A DNA stretch of 64,000 nucleotides from Chloroflexota bacterium (GTDB lineage: Bacteria; Chloroflexota; Anaerolineae; Anaerolineales; Villigracilaceae): positions 28,570 to 92,569 of the forward strand of contig JBFMCC010000023.1 in NCBI GenBank assembly GCA_040754535.1, read 5' to 3'. A program made the translations under genes and the position numbers. Under the pieces are notes generated by a model. That model saw only the letters and a list, made by a program, of their open reading frames with translations. It did no database searches and was not told the DNA's origin. This document shows, piece by piece, positions 55,485-64,000 of this stretch (positions are counted from its first letter, which is position 1; the number at the start of each line of letters is the position of its first letter).

Positions 55485-56152
55485 TGCTTGCCTCTCTGCT
55501 GAATCCAGGTCAGCGCGGCGTTGATGAGGAAGGTGATGACCAGCAGGTAGATTCCCAAGGCGATGGCGCGCTCGAATTCACCCTTGCTCGTTTCCAAAAC
55601 AATGGCCGTGGTCAGGACGCGCGTCTGGCCGCGGATGTTGCCGCCCACCATCATCGAAGCGCCCACCTCCGAGATGACCGAACCGAATCCCGCCATCAGC
55701 GCCGCGAGCAGGGGCAGGCGCGCCTCGCGCCACAGCGACAGGATCATCTGCGCCCGCGAGGCGCCCAGGCCGTAGAGTTGTAGGCGCAGGCGCGGGTCGA
55801 GTTGCTGAAGTCCCGCCGCGGTGAGCCCGGTCACCACCGGCGCGGCGATCACGGTCTGGGCGATGATGATGGCCGAGGGTGTATAGATCAGCCTCAAGTC
55901 CCCGAGCGGACCCGAGCGCCAGAGCGTCATCGCCACCGCCAATCCGACGACCACCGGCGGCAGTGCCATGCCGGTGTTGATCAGGCTGTAGAGGAAGGCG
56001 CGCCCGGGGAATCTCCCCAGCGCGAGCGCGGTCCCCAGCGGAAACCCGATGAACAGACTGATGAGGGTGGAGATGCCCGAGACGCGCAGGGACAGCAGAG
56101 TCACCGCCCAGACTTCGGGATCCGAGAAAAGCGAACGGATGAAATCAAGCAT
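55481..56152 (-). CDS. tupB: ABC transporter permease (TupB/ModB-like)
   Basis: Binding-protein-dependent permease fold. 4-bp overlap with tupC. Confidence 0.75.
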   Translation of the reverse strand: MLDFIRSLFSDPEVWAVTLLSLRVSGISTLISLFIGFPLGTALALGRFPGRAFLYSLINTGMALPPVVVGLAVAMTLWRSGPLGDLRLIYTPSAIIIAQTVIAAPVVTGLTAAGLQQLDPRLRLQLYGLGASRAQMILSLWREARLPLLAALMAGFGSVISEVGASMMVGGNIRGQTRVLTTAIVLETSKGEFERAIALGIYLLVITFLINAALTWIQQRGKQ

Positions 56153-56189
56153 GATGAGAGACGGAGGTTGGAAAGAAGGAAAGATTTCT

Positions 56190-56420
56190 CACCACAGAGA
56201 TCACGGAGTCCACAGAGAAAAGCAGGAGGGTGACTATGAGGTTCAGACATTAGTTCGGACATTTTCAAATTCGACGGCTCTCGCCGCCGTCCCCGGCGGC
56301 GTTTGCGCCGGTGGCGAGCGCCGTGGACGGCGCTCAGAGCAGGTTTTTGGTGATTGTCCGAACTTTTGTCCGAAGATCAGGGTGACTCCGTGCTCTCCGT
56401 GCTCTCTGTGTGCTCTGTGG
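56190..56420. mobile_element. MITE-like ~230-bp palindromic insertion between tupA and tupB
   Basis: Terminal inverted CACCACAGAGATCACGGAGTCCACAGAG ... GACTCCGTGCTCTCCGTGCTCTCTGTGTGCTCTGTGG. An internal inverted pair is ttcggacatttt / tgtccgaacttttgtccgaa. Related to the palindrome at 44357-44423. Confidence 0.55.
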
Positions 56421-56448
56421 TTAACTCTTTCGCCGAAACATTCGGGGA

Positions 56449-57288
56449 CTACAGTCCGAGGTCGGCGTCGGTCTTGTCCGCGTCCGGGAAGAACAACGGC
56501 AGGCCGAACTTCTCCACGCCGAATTCGCCGATGACCTTCTGCGTGTCGGCGGCGATCATGAATTGCGCAAAGGCGAGCGCGCCCTCGTAATTCACCTTCG
56601 GCCATTTATCCGGGTTGACGCTGATGACGTGATAGACGTTGAGCAGGCTGTTGTCGCCTTCGACCAGAATCTCCAATTGCAGGTTGTCCTTGTTGGCGAG
56701 GTACGTGGCGCGGTCGGTGAGGATGTACGCGCCCTTCTCGGAAGCGACCGTGAGCGAAGCGCCCATGCCCTGGCCCGTTTCAAGGTACCACGTCTGACCG
56801 GCCGGGTCGAAACTGATCTTGCCCCACAACTTCAATTCGGCCTTGTGCGTGCCGGAGTCGTCGCCGCGCGAGACGAAGGTCGCACCGGCGGCCAAGATGG
56901 CTGTCAACGAATCGGCCACAGACAGGCCGCGGATACCCGCCGGGTCGGCGGCGGGGCCAACGATGATGAAGTCATTGTGCATGACCAGGAAGCGGTCCTT
57001 GCCGTTGCCGCCCTCCATGAACGTGACTTCGGACGACGGCGCGTGGACGAGCAGGACATCCGCGTTGCCTTCTTCACCCATTTTGAGGGCTTCGCCGGTG
57101 CCCACCGCCACGGTCTGGACCGTGTAGCCGGTCTGCTCTTCGAACATGGGGACCAGCACGTCGAGCAGGCCCGAGTCCTGCGTGGACGTCGTGGTTGCCA
57201 GAATCAGGTTGGGGTTTTTCGGCGCGGCCAGCGCGCAGGCGCTGACCAGCAGGGTCAGCAGGAAAAGGACTGTGAGGATGCGTTTCAT
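56449..57288 (-). CDS. tupA: tungstate/molybdate-type ABC substrate-binding lipoprotein (TupA/WtpA-like)
   Basis: Lipobox VSAC. TTTSTQDSGLLDVL is the TupA signature. Confidence 0.7.
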   Translation of the reverse strand: MKRILTVLFLLTLLVSACALAAPKNPNLILATTTSTQDSGLLDVLVPMFEEQTGYTVQTVAVGTGEALKMGEEGNADVLLVHAPSSEVTFMEGGNGKDRFLVMHNDFIIVGPAADPAGIRGLSVADSLTAILAAGATFVSRGDDSGTHKAELKLWGKISFDPAGQTWYLETGQGMGASLTVASEKGAYILTDRATYLANKDNLQLEILVEGDNSLLNVYHVISVNPDKWPKVNYEGALAFAQFMIAADTQKVIGEFGVEKFGLPLFFPDADKTDADLGL

Positions 57289-57322
57289 GGTGTCTCCCGG
57301 TAGGACAAATTGGCAATTTGTC

Positions 57323-58297
57323 CTACAACAAAATTTGCTCGCCGCTGTGGGCGGCGTTGTAGCCGGTCAATGAAGCGAGTTCGGAACGGAACGCGGCAGT
57401 TTGCAAATACTCCAGCAGAGGCGTCAATAGCTTGTCCTGTTCGCGCGGCAGGACGAGGTCGTAGCGTTCCTCGAAGAGCGGGATGAAATCCAGTCCGTGC
57501 TGGTGCGCGGCGGCCTGCAAACCGACGGCCGCATCGGCTTTGCCTGATTCGATCAAGGCCGCGGCCTCGCTGTGAGTCTTCACAACGCGGTCATAGCCCT
57601 TGATCTGCGCGGGCGGGATGGCAAGTCGCTTCAACTCGCGGTCGAACCACAGCCGCGTGCCCGAACCCGCGTTGCGATTCACAAAGCGGACACTCCCGCG
57701 GGCCAGGTCGGAGACGGCATGAATCCCTTTGGGATTGCCCGACGCGAGCAGTAGTCCCTGCGTGCGATAGGCGAGCGTCACGACTTCCATGTCGCGGTCG
57801 GGGAAGAGGTGACGGATGGTCGGCGTGTTGTATTCGCCGTTTTCGTCGAGGATGTGCGCGCCGGAGATTTGGCACAGTCCCTGCCTCAGGTTGACCAGCC
57901 CATCCAGTGAGCCGACGGGCAGGCTCAACAGCGTAAAATACCGCGCTAGGTGTTCGGCCGCGCCTTCCAGCGCCAGGTCGTGACTGCCTGAAAAGATGAC
58001 GGCTGGTTTACTGCCCTTTGGAAGGACGACCTCCTGTAACAGAAACGCGTCGGCTTTGGCGCGGTAGAACTTCTCGGTCACTTTTCCCGTTGTGCGGACC
58101 TCCGCCAGTTCGATCAGGCCCCCGGATTCGAGCGCGAGGATGTGGTGCCGAATCCATGCCGGAGACCGGCCGAGGCTCCGCGCCAGGTGCGTGAGGGTGG
58201 CGGGTTCGGCCATCAGCAGGCGCAGAATGTCCATGCGGCGCGAGTCCGCCAGCAGTTTGATTCGGTTGAAGGCGTGGAGGGGTTCGAGGGTCTTCAT
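57323..58297 (-). CDS. transcriptional regulator: N-terminal ArsR/ModE-like wHTH + C-terminal periplasmic-binding-protein-like (anion-binding) domain
   Basis: LKLLADSRRMDILRLLMAEPATLTHLARSLGRSPAWIRHHILALE is the HTH. The C-terminal half resembles TupA/ModA-type SBPs. The start is uncertain (ATG 58297 or the upstream alternative 58324). Confidence 0.6.
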   Translation of the reverse strand: MKTLEPLHAFNRIKLLADSRRMDILRLLMAEPATLTHLARSLGRSPAWIRHHILALESGGLIELAEVRTTGKVTEKFYRAKADAFLLQEVVLPKGSKPAVIFSGSHDLALEGAAEHLARYFTLLSLPVGSLDGLVNLRQGLCQISGAHILDENGEYNTPTIRHLFPDRDMEVVTLAYRTQGLLLASGNPKGIHAVSDLARGSVRFVNRNAGSGTRLWFDRELKRLAIPPAQIKGYDRVVKTHSEAAALIESGKADAAVGLQAAAHQHGLDFIPLFEERYDLVLPREQDKLLTPLLEYLQTAAFRSELASLTGYNAAHSGEQILL

Positions 58298-58456
58298 AAC
58301 GGTTAAGGAAAAACTTAATTGCAAGTTTAACAGAAGGCTGTAAGCGAGTCAAGCCAATATTCCTCCCCTCCCACTGGCAGGGGTGTATAATTTTCACAAC
58401 CGTCCACGGGGACTTCCGTATATCGATTCGGTAGCCCAACGACAAAGGAGAGAAAA

Positions 58457-60454
58457 ATGGCTGACATTTTGGGGTTTCTTATCCTGCCGGGAATTGTGCT
58501 GGCAGGAATTCTGATTCTGATCCTGTTATCCGGGATCCGCTTTATTCCCAACAACAGAATTGGGTTGGTGGAGAAGCGCTTCGGAGGCCGAGGCTCCGTC
58601 AAATCGGGATTGATCGCGCTGAACGGGGAGGCGGGTTACCAGCCGCGCGTCCTGCGCGGTGGCTTGCATTGGCTCATGCCAATCCAGTATGTTGTCCACA
58701 TGATGCCGCTGGTCACCATTACACAAGGCAAGATCGGATACATCTTCGCGCGTGACGGCAAGCCGCTCGACCCGACACAGGTACTGGCGTCCAACGTGGA
58801 TGCGAAGGACTTTCAGGATGTGGAGGCCTTCCTCAAGGCGGGCGGCCAGCGCGGACCTCAGAGGCTGATCCTACGCGAAGGGACGTACGCCATCAACCTG
58901 TTGCAGTTCATCGTCATCACCGAGGGACGCGTCTACTCCCTGCCAATGAACCGCGAGGAAGCCGCCGTCATCCAAAATATGGCGACCTCCATTTCCGAGC
59001 GCAAGGGCTTTACACCGGTCATCATCAAGGACACAGACGACCTCGTCGGCATCGTGACTGTTCACGATGGACCCTCGCTCAAGCAGGGCGAGATCATCGC
59101 CCCCATCGTCGGCGATGAACCGGCCCAGGCCGATACCTACCACAACAAGTTCCAGGATCCCGACCGCTTCCTGGCCGCGGGAGGTTTTCGCGGCCGCCAG
59201 TTGCAGGTACTGGTCGAGGGCACGTACTACGTCAACCGCCTGTTCGCCACAGTGGAGATGATCCAGAAGACCATCATTGAGGTGGGTTACGTCGGCGTGG
59301 TGGTCTCGTACACCGGCGAACTCGGACTCGACCTTTCGGGCAAGGAATACCGCCACGGCGAATTGGTGGAGAAGGACAAGCGCGGCGTGTGGAGCGAGGC
59401 GCTCCTGCCGGGCAAGTACGCCTTCAACACCTACGCGGGCAAGGTCATCCCCGTCCCGACCACGAACATCATCCTGAAATGGATTCGCACCGAGTCTGGC
59501 GCGCACGGCTACGACGAAAACCTGGCCGAGGTCTCGCTCATCACGAAGGACGCCTTCGAGCCATCCCTGCCGCTGTCGGTGGTTATCCACATTGACTATC
59601 AGAAGGCGCCGCTCGTCATCCAGCGCTTCGGCGACATCAAGAAACTCGTCGAGCAGACCCTGGACCCGATGGTGGCCGCGTACTTCAAGAACATCGCACA
59701 GACCCGCACCCTGATTCAGTTATTGCAGGAACGCAGCATGATCCAGCAGGTGGCGAGTCAGGAGATGAAGGAAAAGTTCGCCCACTACAACCTCGAGCTG
59801 GAAGAGGTGCTGATCGGCACGCCGTCCTCGCCGGAGAACGACCAGCAGATCGAAGCCATCCTGACCCAGTTGCGCTCGCGGCAGATCGCGACCGAGCAGG
59901 TCGAGACGTACGACCGTCAGCAGGAGGCCGCGGTCAAGGAGCGTGAACTACGCGAGGCCGAAGCCCGCGCCGAGATGCAGACCAAACTGACCGAAGCCGA
60001 GTTGAACATCAACATCCAGACCGACCAGGGTAAAGCCGAGTACCAGCGCTCGATCCAGCAGGCGGCGCAGATCCGCGCGCTGGCCGAAGCAGAATCGGAA
60101 CGAATCGCCCGCATCGGTATCGCGCAGGCGCTGGCGACCGAGGAGCAGGTGCGCGCCTACGGCGGTCCGCAGTTCCAGGTGACCCAGCAGGTGCTCAACC
60201 GATTCGCGGAAGCCATCCAGCAATCGGGCGTGGACGTGGTGCCGCGCGTGGTGGTCAGCGGCGGCAAGGGCGAGGGCGAAGGCGGGTCCGCCAACAGCAG
60301 TATCATGGAAGCCCTGCTCACCATGCTGCTCTCCGACCGCTTCGGCGCGCTGGCCAGCGAAGCGCAACAGAGTCCGCGCTCGCCGCAGGCGGAGGCGCTG
60401 CGCGCCCAGATCCGCAAGGATATGGAGAAGAAGCCTGAGGCGAAGAAAAAGTAG
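58457..60454 (+). CDS. flotillin-like SPFH/band-7 protein (FloT/YqiK family)
   Basis: N-terminal TM, an SPFH domain, and a long EA-rich coiled-coil C-terminus. Confidence 0.8.
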   Translation: MADILGFLILPGIVLAGILILILLSGIRFIPNNRIGLVEKRFGGRGSVKSGLIALNGEAGYQPRVLRGGLHWLMPIQYVVHMMPLVTITQGKIGYIFARDGKPLDPTQVLASNVDAKDFQDVEAFLKAGGQRGPQRLILREGTYAINLLQFIVITEGRVYSLPMNREEAAVIQNMATSISERKGFTPVIIKDTDDLVGIVTVHDGPSLKQGEIIAPIVGDEPAQADTYHNKFQDPDRFLAAGGFRGRQLQVLVEGTYYVNRLFATVEMIQKTIIEVGYVGVVVSYTGELGLDLSGKEYRHGELVEKDKRGVWSEALLPGKYAFNTYAGKVIPVPTTNIILKWIRTESGAHGYDENLAEVSLITKDAFEPSLPLSVVIHIDYQKAPLVIQRFGDIKKLVEQTLDPMVAAYFKNIAQTRTLIQLLQERSMIQQVASQEMKEKFAHYNLELEEVLIGTPSSPENDQQIEAILTQLRSRQIATEQVETYDRQQEAAVKERELREAEARAEMQTKLTEAELNINIQTDQGKAEYQRSIQQAAQIRALAEAESERIARIGIAQALATEEQVRAYGGPQFQVTQQVLNRFAEAIQQSGVDVVPRVVVSGGKGEGEGGSANSSIMEALLTMLLSDRFGALASEAQQSPRSPQAEALRAQIRKDMEKKPEAKKK

Positions 60455-60525
60455 TACGGTGAATCAAAATCAGGGCTGGTTGACAACCAGCCCTGATTTA
60501 TAATGTAATGACGTAATCAAGGAGA

Positions 60526-61437
60526 ATGCTCATGCCCACACCACAAAACAAGAAGACCGTTCAGGCCGTTGCATGGATATTTTTACTGGCGGCCTCGTTG
60601 CTCCCGAAGATTATCTTGCAGGAGATTTTTCATCAGACCGTCTCCGCCGATTTAAGTTCGGGGATTGCGGCAGGAGTGATTTTGACCGGCCTCGTATTTT
60701 CCCTGCTATGGAAAGACATTGCTTCGTTAAGACCGTTCTTCATCCTGTTCCTCGTGCTCATTGGGGCCGAGTGGATTGTTTTTACCAAAGTTGATCAATT
60801 GTCTTTCTATCAGTCGTGGTTGAACAATCCATCCTTCAATGTCTTCATGCCCGCGGAGCAGTCCCTGCGGCTGATGGTGACGCTGGTCATCATTGCCGTA
60901 TTATTCGTCTTGAAAAAGACCCGCGCCGCGTTCTTCCTCGTCAAAGGCGACACCGGTGCGCCCGTCGAGCCGGTCAAGTGGCTGGGAATCAAAGACGAGC
61001 GATGGAACATCCTGGGGCGCAACTTTGCGCTCATCATCAGCCTCGGAACCCTGACGTTTCTTGTGCTCGCGGGCCGTCCGCCATTGGATATAGTCCTGCG
61101 CGCATTACCGTTCCTGCCCGCCGTCCTGCTTGCCGCGGCGCTGAATGCCTTCAATGAAGAGATGACCTACAAGGCGTCGTTTTTATCCGTGCTGGAGGAT
61201 GTGGTGGGAAAGCATCAGGCGCTTTGGTTAATGGCAGCCTACTTCGGGATCGGTCATTTCTACGGCGTGCCCTACGGCGTCGTCGGCGTCCTGATGGCAG
61301 GATTCCTGGGCTGGTTCCTCGGAAAGTCCATGCTGGAAACGCGCGGCCTGTGGTGGGCGTGGTTCATCCACTTCTGGCAGGATGTGCTGATCTTTTCCTT
61401 TCTGGCAATAGGCTCGATTACGCCGGGCGGCGGGTAA
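60526..61437 (+). CDS. CPBP (CAAX-protease/Abi) family intramembrane metalloprotease
   Basis: Multi-TM. Motifs NEEMTYK (EExxxR/K), YFGIGHF (FxxxH) and IHFWQD. Confidence 0.7.
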   Translation: MLMPTPQNKKTVQAVAWIFLLAASLLPKIILQEIFHQTVSADLSSGIAAGVILTGLVFSLLWKDIASLRPFFILFLVLIGAEWIVFTKVDQLSFYQSWLNNPSFNVFMPAEQSLRLMVTLVIIAVLFVLKKTRAAFFLVKGDTGAPVEPVKWLGIKDERWNILGRNFALIISLGTLTFLVLAGRPPLDIVLRALPFLPAVLLAAALNAFNEEMTYKASFLSVLEDVVGKHQALWLMAAYFGIGHFYGVPYGVVGVLMAGFLGWFLGKSMLETRGLWWAWFIHFWQDVLIFSFLAIGSITPGGG

Positions 61438-61440
61438 AAA

Positions 61441-61475
61441 ATTGGGCGGGTCTCTGACCCGCCCAATTTTTTTAC
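61441..61475. terminator. bidirectional intrinsic terminator
   Basis: aaaaaa-ttgggcgggtc-tctg-acccgcccaa-ttttttt, between convergent genes. Confidence 0.85.
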
Positions 61476-64000
61476 TTCACCAAATTCCTCAACACTGTGT
61501 GCAGGATGCCACCGTTGCGGTAGTAGTTCACTTCCACTTCGGTATTCAGCAGCGCGATGGCCTGGAACTCGACCACTTTACCATCCGTCTTCCTCGCCTT
61601 GACCGTGAGGACGCTTCTGGGTTTGATCGCGTCGCTCAGGCCCTCGATGTCGAAGACCTCCGAACCGTCCAGGCCAAGCGACTCGGCGTTCTGCCCGTCC
61701 ACGAACTGGAGCGGCAGAATACCCATGCCGATCAGGTTGGAGCGATGGATGCGCTCGAACGACTCGGCAATGGCCGCCTTCACGCCCTGCAGAAGCGGAC
61801 CCTTCGCGGCCCAGTCGCGGCTGGAGCCGGTGCCGTATTCCTTGCCCGCAATCACAATGGTCGGAATGCCCGCTCCTTGATACTTCATCGCCGCGTCGAA
61901 AATCGGCATTTCCTGAACATTCAACTTTGAACCTTCAACATTAAACCATTTGGTCCAGTTCCCTTCCTTCGGCGCGACCAGCAGATTCTTCAAGCGGATG
62001 TTTGCGAACGTGCCGCGCGCCATCACCAGGTCGTTGCCGCGGCGCGTGCCGTATTGGTTGAAGTCCTTGGGTTGGACGCCGCGTTCCTGCAAAAATTTTC
62101 CAGCAGGCGAGTCCGCGGCGATGTTGCCCGCAGGCGAAATGTGGTCGGTGGTGATCGAGTCGCCGAACATGCCCAGCACACGCGCGCCCTTGATCCCTTG
62201 AATTGAAGGCACATCCAGAGTCAACGTCTGGAAATAAGGCGGATGGTGAATGTATGTGGATGACTCGTCCCACTCGAACAAATCGCCCTCCTTCACCTTG
62301 ATCGCTTTCCACATCTCCGACCCGCTGAACACATCGGCGTATTTCTCCTTGAACATCTCCGCCCGCACACTCGACGCGACCGCCTCGTTGATCTCCTGCT
62401 GGCTGGGCCACAGGTCTTTGAGATACACCGCCGCGCCGTCCGAGCCGACGCCGAGCGGTTCGTTGACCAGGTCGATGTCAACCGTTCCAGCCAGCGCGTA
62501 CGCGACGACCAGCGGCGGACTGGCGAGGAAGTTGGCCTTGACCAACGGGTGGACGCGGCCCTCGAAGTTTCTATTCCCCGAAATGACCGCCGCCGCAACC
62601 AAATCGGACCCGGTCACTGCTTTCGCGACCTCACCGGGCAGCGGCCCCGAGTTGCCGATGCAGGTCGTGCAGCCGTAGGCGATGACGTTGAATCCAAGTT
62701 TGGCAAGCGGATCAATCAAGCCCGCCTGCTTAAGATATTCAGTCACCACGCGCGAACCGGGCGCGAGCGAGGTCTTGACATACGGCTTGACCGTCAGTCC
62801 CTTTTCGACAGCCTTCTTCGCGACCAGTCCCGCCGCGACCAATACCGATGGATTCGACGTGTTCGTGCAGGAGGTGATCGCGGCAATGACCACCGCGCCG
62901 TGCTTCATCGTCATCGAACCGCCGTTCGTTCCGAAGGTCGCTTCGACGTTCAACGCTTCGGGTTTGAGTTCGAAGCCGCGCTCTTTAACGGGCGCGGTCA
63001 ATGCTTTCTTGAACGTCTCTTTCAACTCGGACATCGGCACGCGGTCCTGAGGGCGTTTGGGCCCGGCCAATGAGGGGACGACAGACCCGAGGTCCAGTTC
63101 GAGCGTATCGGTGAATTCGGGGTCGGGAGTCGAGGCGTCGCGGAAGAGTCCCTGCGCGCGGCAATAGGCTTCGGTCAATGCAATCGTTTCGTCGGAGCGC
63201 CCGGTCAACTTCATGTAACGCAAGGTCTCGGCGTCCGCCGGGAAGTAACCTATGGTCGCGCCGTATTCGGGCGCCATGTTGCTGATTGTGGCACGATCAG
63301 GCAGAGACATCGAGTCCAGGCCGGGGCCGAAGAACTCGACGAACTTGTCCACCACGCCCTTCTTGCGGAGCATTTGCGTGACGGTGAGGACGAGGTCGGT
63401 GGCGGTGACACCCTCAGGCAATTTGCCTGAAAGTTTGAAGCCAATCACATCAGGGAGGAGCATGTCCATCGGCTGGCCGAGCATCACGGCTTCGGCTTCG
63501 ATTCCGCCCACGCCCCAGCCGACCACGCCGAGGCCGTTGACCATCGTCGTATGCGAGTCTGTTCCAACGAGGGTATCGGGGAAGGCGAATGTCTCTTTGC
63601 CGTCTTTCTTTGTCATCACGACATCCGCCAGATATTCGAGATTGACCTGATGCACGATGCCGGTCATCGGCGGGACGACGCGGAAGTTGCTGAAAGCCTT
63701 TTGTCCCCACCTTAAAAATTCATAGCGTTCGCGATTGCGCTGGAATTCGACTTCGGTGTTGCGGTGCAGCGCGTCGGGTGTGGCGAAGAAATCCACCTGA
63801 ACCGAATGGTCAATGACCAGGTCAACAGGGACAAGCGGATTGATTTTCCTCGGGTCGCCGCCGAGACGCGCGACCGCGGCGCGCATCGCCGCGAGATCAA
63901 CAATTGCAGGGACTCCGGTGAAATCCTGCATGACGACGCGGGCGGGGAGGAAGGGAATGCCGGGACGTCCCCCTCTCCCGCTGGGAGAGGGGCTAGGGGT
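61472..64000 (-). CDS. acnA: aconitate hydratase A; N-terminus beyond window end
   Basis: (R)[19 protein letters not shown]..., an Fe-S cluster Cys region, and SGNRNFEGR. The ORF continues in frame past 64000. Confidence 0.9.
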   Translation of the reverse strand, partial: TPSPSPSGRGGRPGIPFLPARVVMQDFTGVPAIVDLAAMRAAVARLGGDPRKINPLVPVDLVIDHSVQVDFFATPDALHRNTEVEFQRNRERYEFLRWGQKAFSNFRVVPPMTGIVHQVNLEYLADVVMTKKDGKETFAFPDTLVGTDSHTTMVNGLGVVGWGVGGIEAEAVMLGQPMDMLLPDVIGFKLSGKLPEGVTATDLVLTVTQMLRKKGVVDKFVEFFGPGLDSMSLPDRATISNMAPEYGATIGYFPADAETLRYMKLTGRSDETIALTEAYCRAQGLFRDASTPDPEFTDTLELDLGSVVPSLAGPKRPQDRVPMSELKETFKKALTAPVKERGFELKPEALNVEATFGTNGGSMTMKHGAVVIAAITSCTNTSNPSVLVAAGLVAKKAVEKGLTVKPYVKTSLAPGSRVVTEYLKQAGLIDPLAKLGFNVIAYGCTTCIGNSGPLPGEVAKAVTGSDLVAAAVISGNRNFEGRVHPLVKANFLASPPLVVAYALAGTVDIDLVNEPLGVGSDGAAVYLKDLWPSQQEINEAVASSVRAEMFKEKYADVFSGSEMWKAIKVKEGDLFEWDESSTYIHHPPYFQTLTLDVPSIQGIKGARVLGMFGDSITTDHISPAGNIAADSPAGKFLQERGVQPKDFNQYGTRRGNDLVMARGTFANIRLKNLLVAPKEGNWTKWFNVEGSKLNVQEMPIFDAAMKYQGAGIPTIVIAGKEYGTGSSRDWAAKGPLLQGVKAAIAESFERIHRSNLIGMGILPLQFVDGQNAESLGLDGSEVFDIEGLSDAIKPRSVLTVKARKTDGKVVEFQAIALLNTEVEVNYYRNGGILHTVLRNLVK

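Overview
This is a high-GC (~63-65%) bacterial chromosomal segment with roughly 60 protein-coding genes and 2 tRNA genes. There are no rRNA genes, no CRISPR array and no recognisable integrase or transposase. Several starts look leaderless (a -10 box right at the start codon), and there is a T-box leader, many lipoproteins and InlB-type B-repeats. Together these suggest a Chloroflexota-like organism, but this is inference only. The backbone carries housekeeping and stress genes: an MsbA-like ABC exporter, MFS transporter, Hsp20, OsmC, DinB, fumarase/aspartase-family lyase, TrpB2, aconitase, a tupABC-like tungstate transporter, flotillin and a 1394-aa PAS/GAF/HD-GYP sensor. It is interrupted by several compositionally distinct (lower-GC) insertions. 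The first is a BrnT/BrnA toxin-antitoxin pair. The second is a GT14 glycosyltransferase islet that has split a YdeI-family gene duplicate. The third is an island next to a tRNA-Gly/tRNA-Met operon, bounded by tandem copies of the tRNA-Met 3' end, which carries a TRAM-less MiaB/RimO-like radical-SAM enzyme, a methyltransferase with a Trm112-like zinc ribbon, and a 1023-aa secreted repeat protein. The fourth is a ~35%-GC GmrSD-like (DUF262/DUF1524) defense gene with a small RHH/DUF5678 partner flanked by imperfect direct repeats. The fifth is an FGE-like lipoprotein. Other notable structures are a T-box riboswitch leader (T-box motif, antiterminator/terminator, and a 53-aa acidic uORF) upstream of trpB2, an array of five GNAT acetyltransferase genes, and an MBOAT / PIG-L deacetylase / two SGNH-like O-acyl-modification operon. 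A palindromic CACAGAGAGCACAGAG-type repeat family is also present, including a MITE-like ~230-bp insertion between tupA and tupB.
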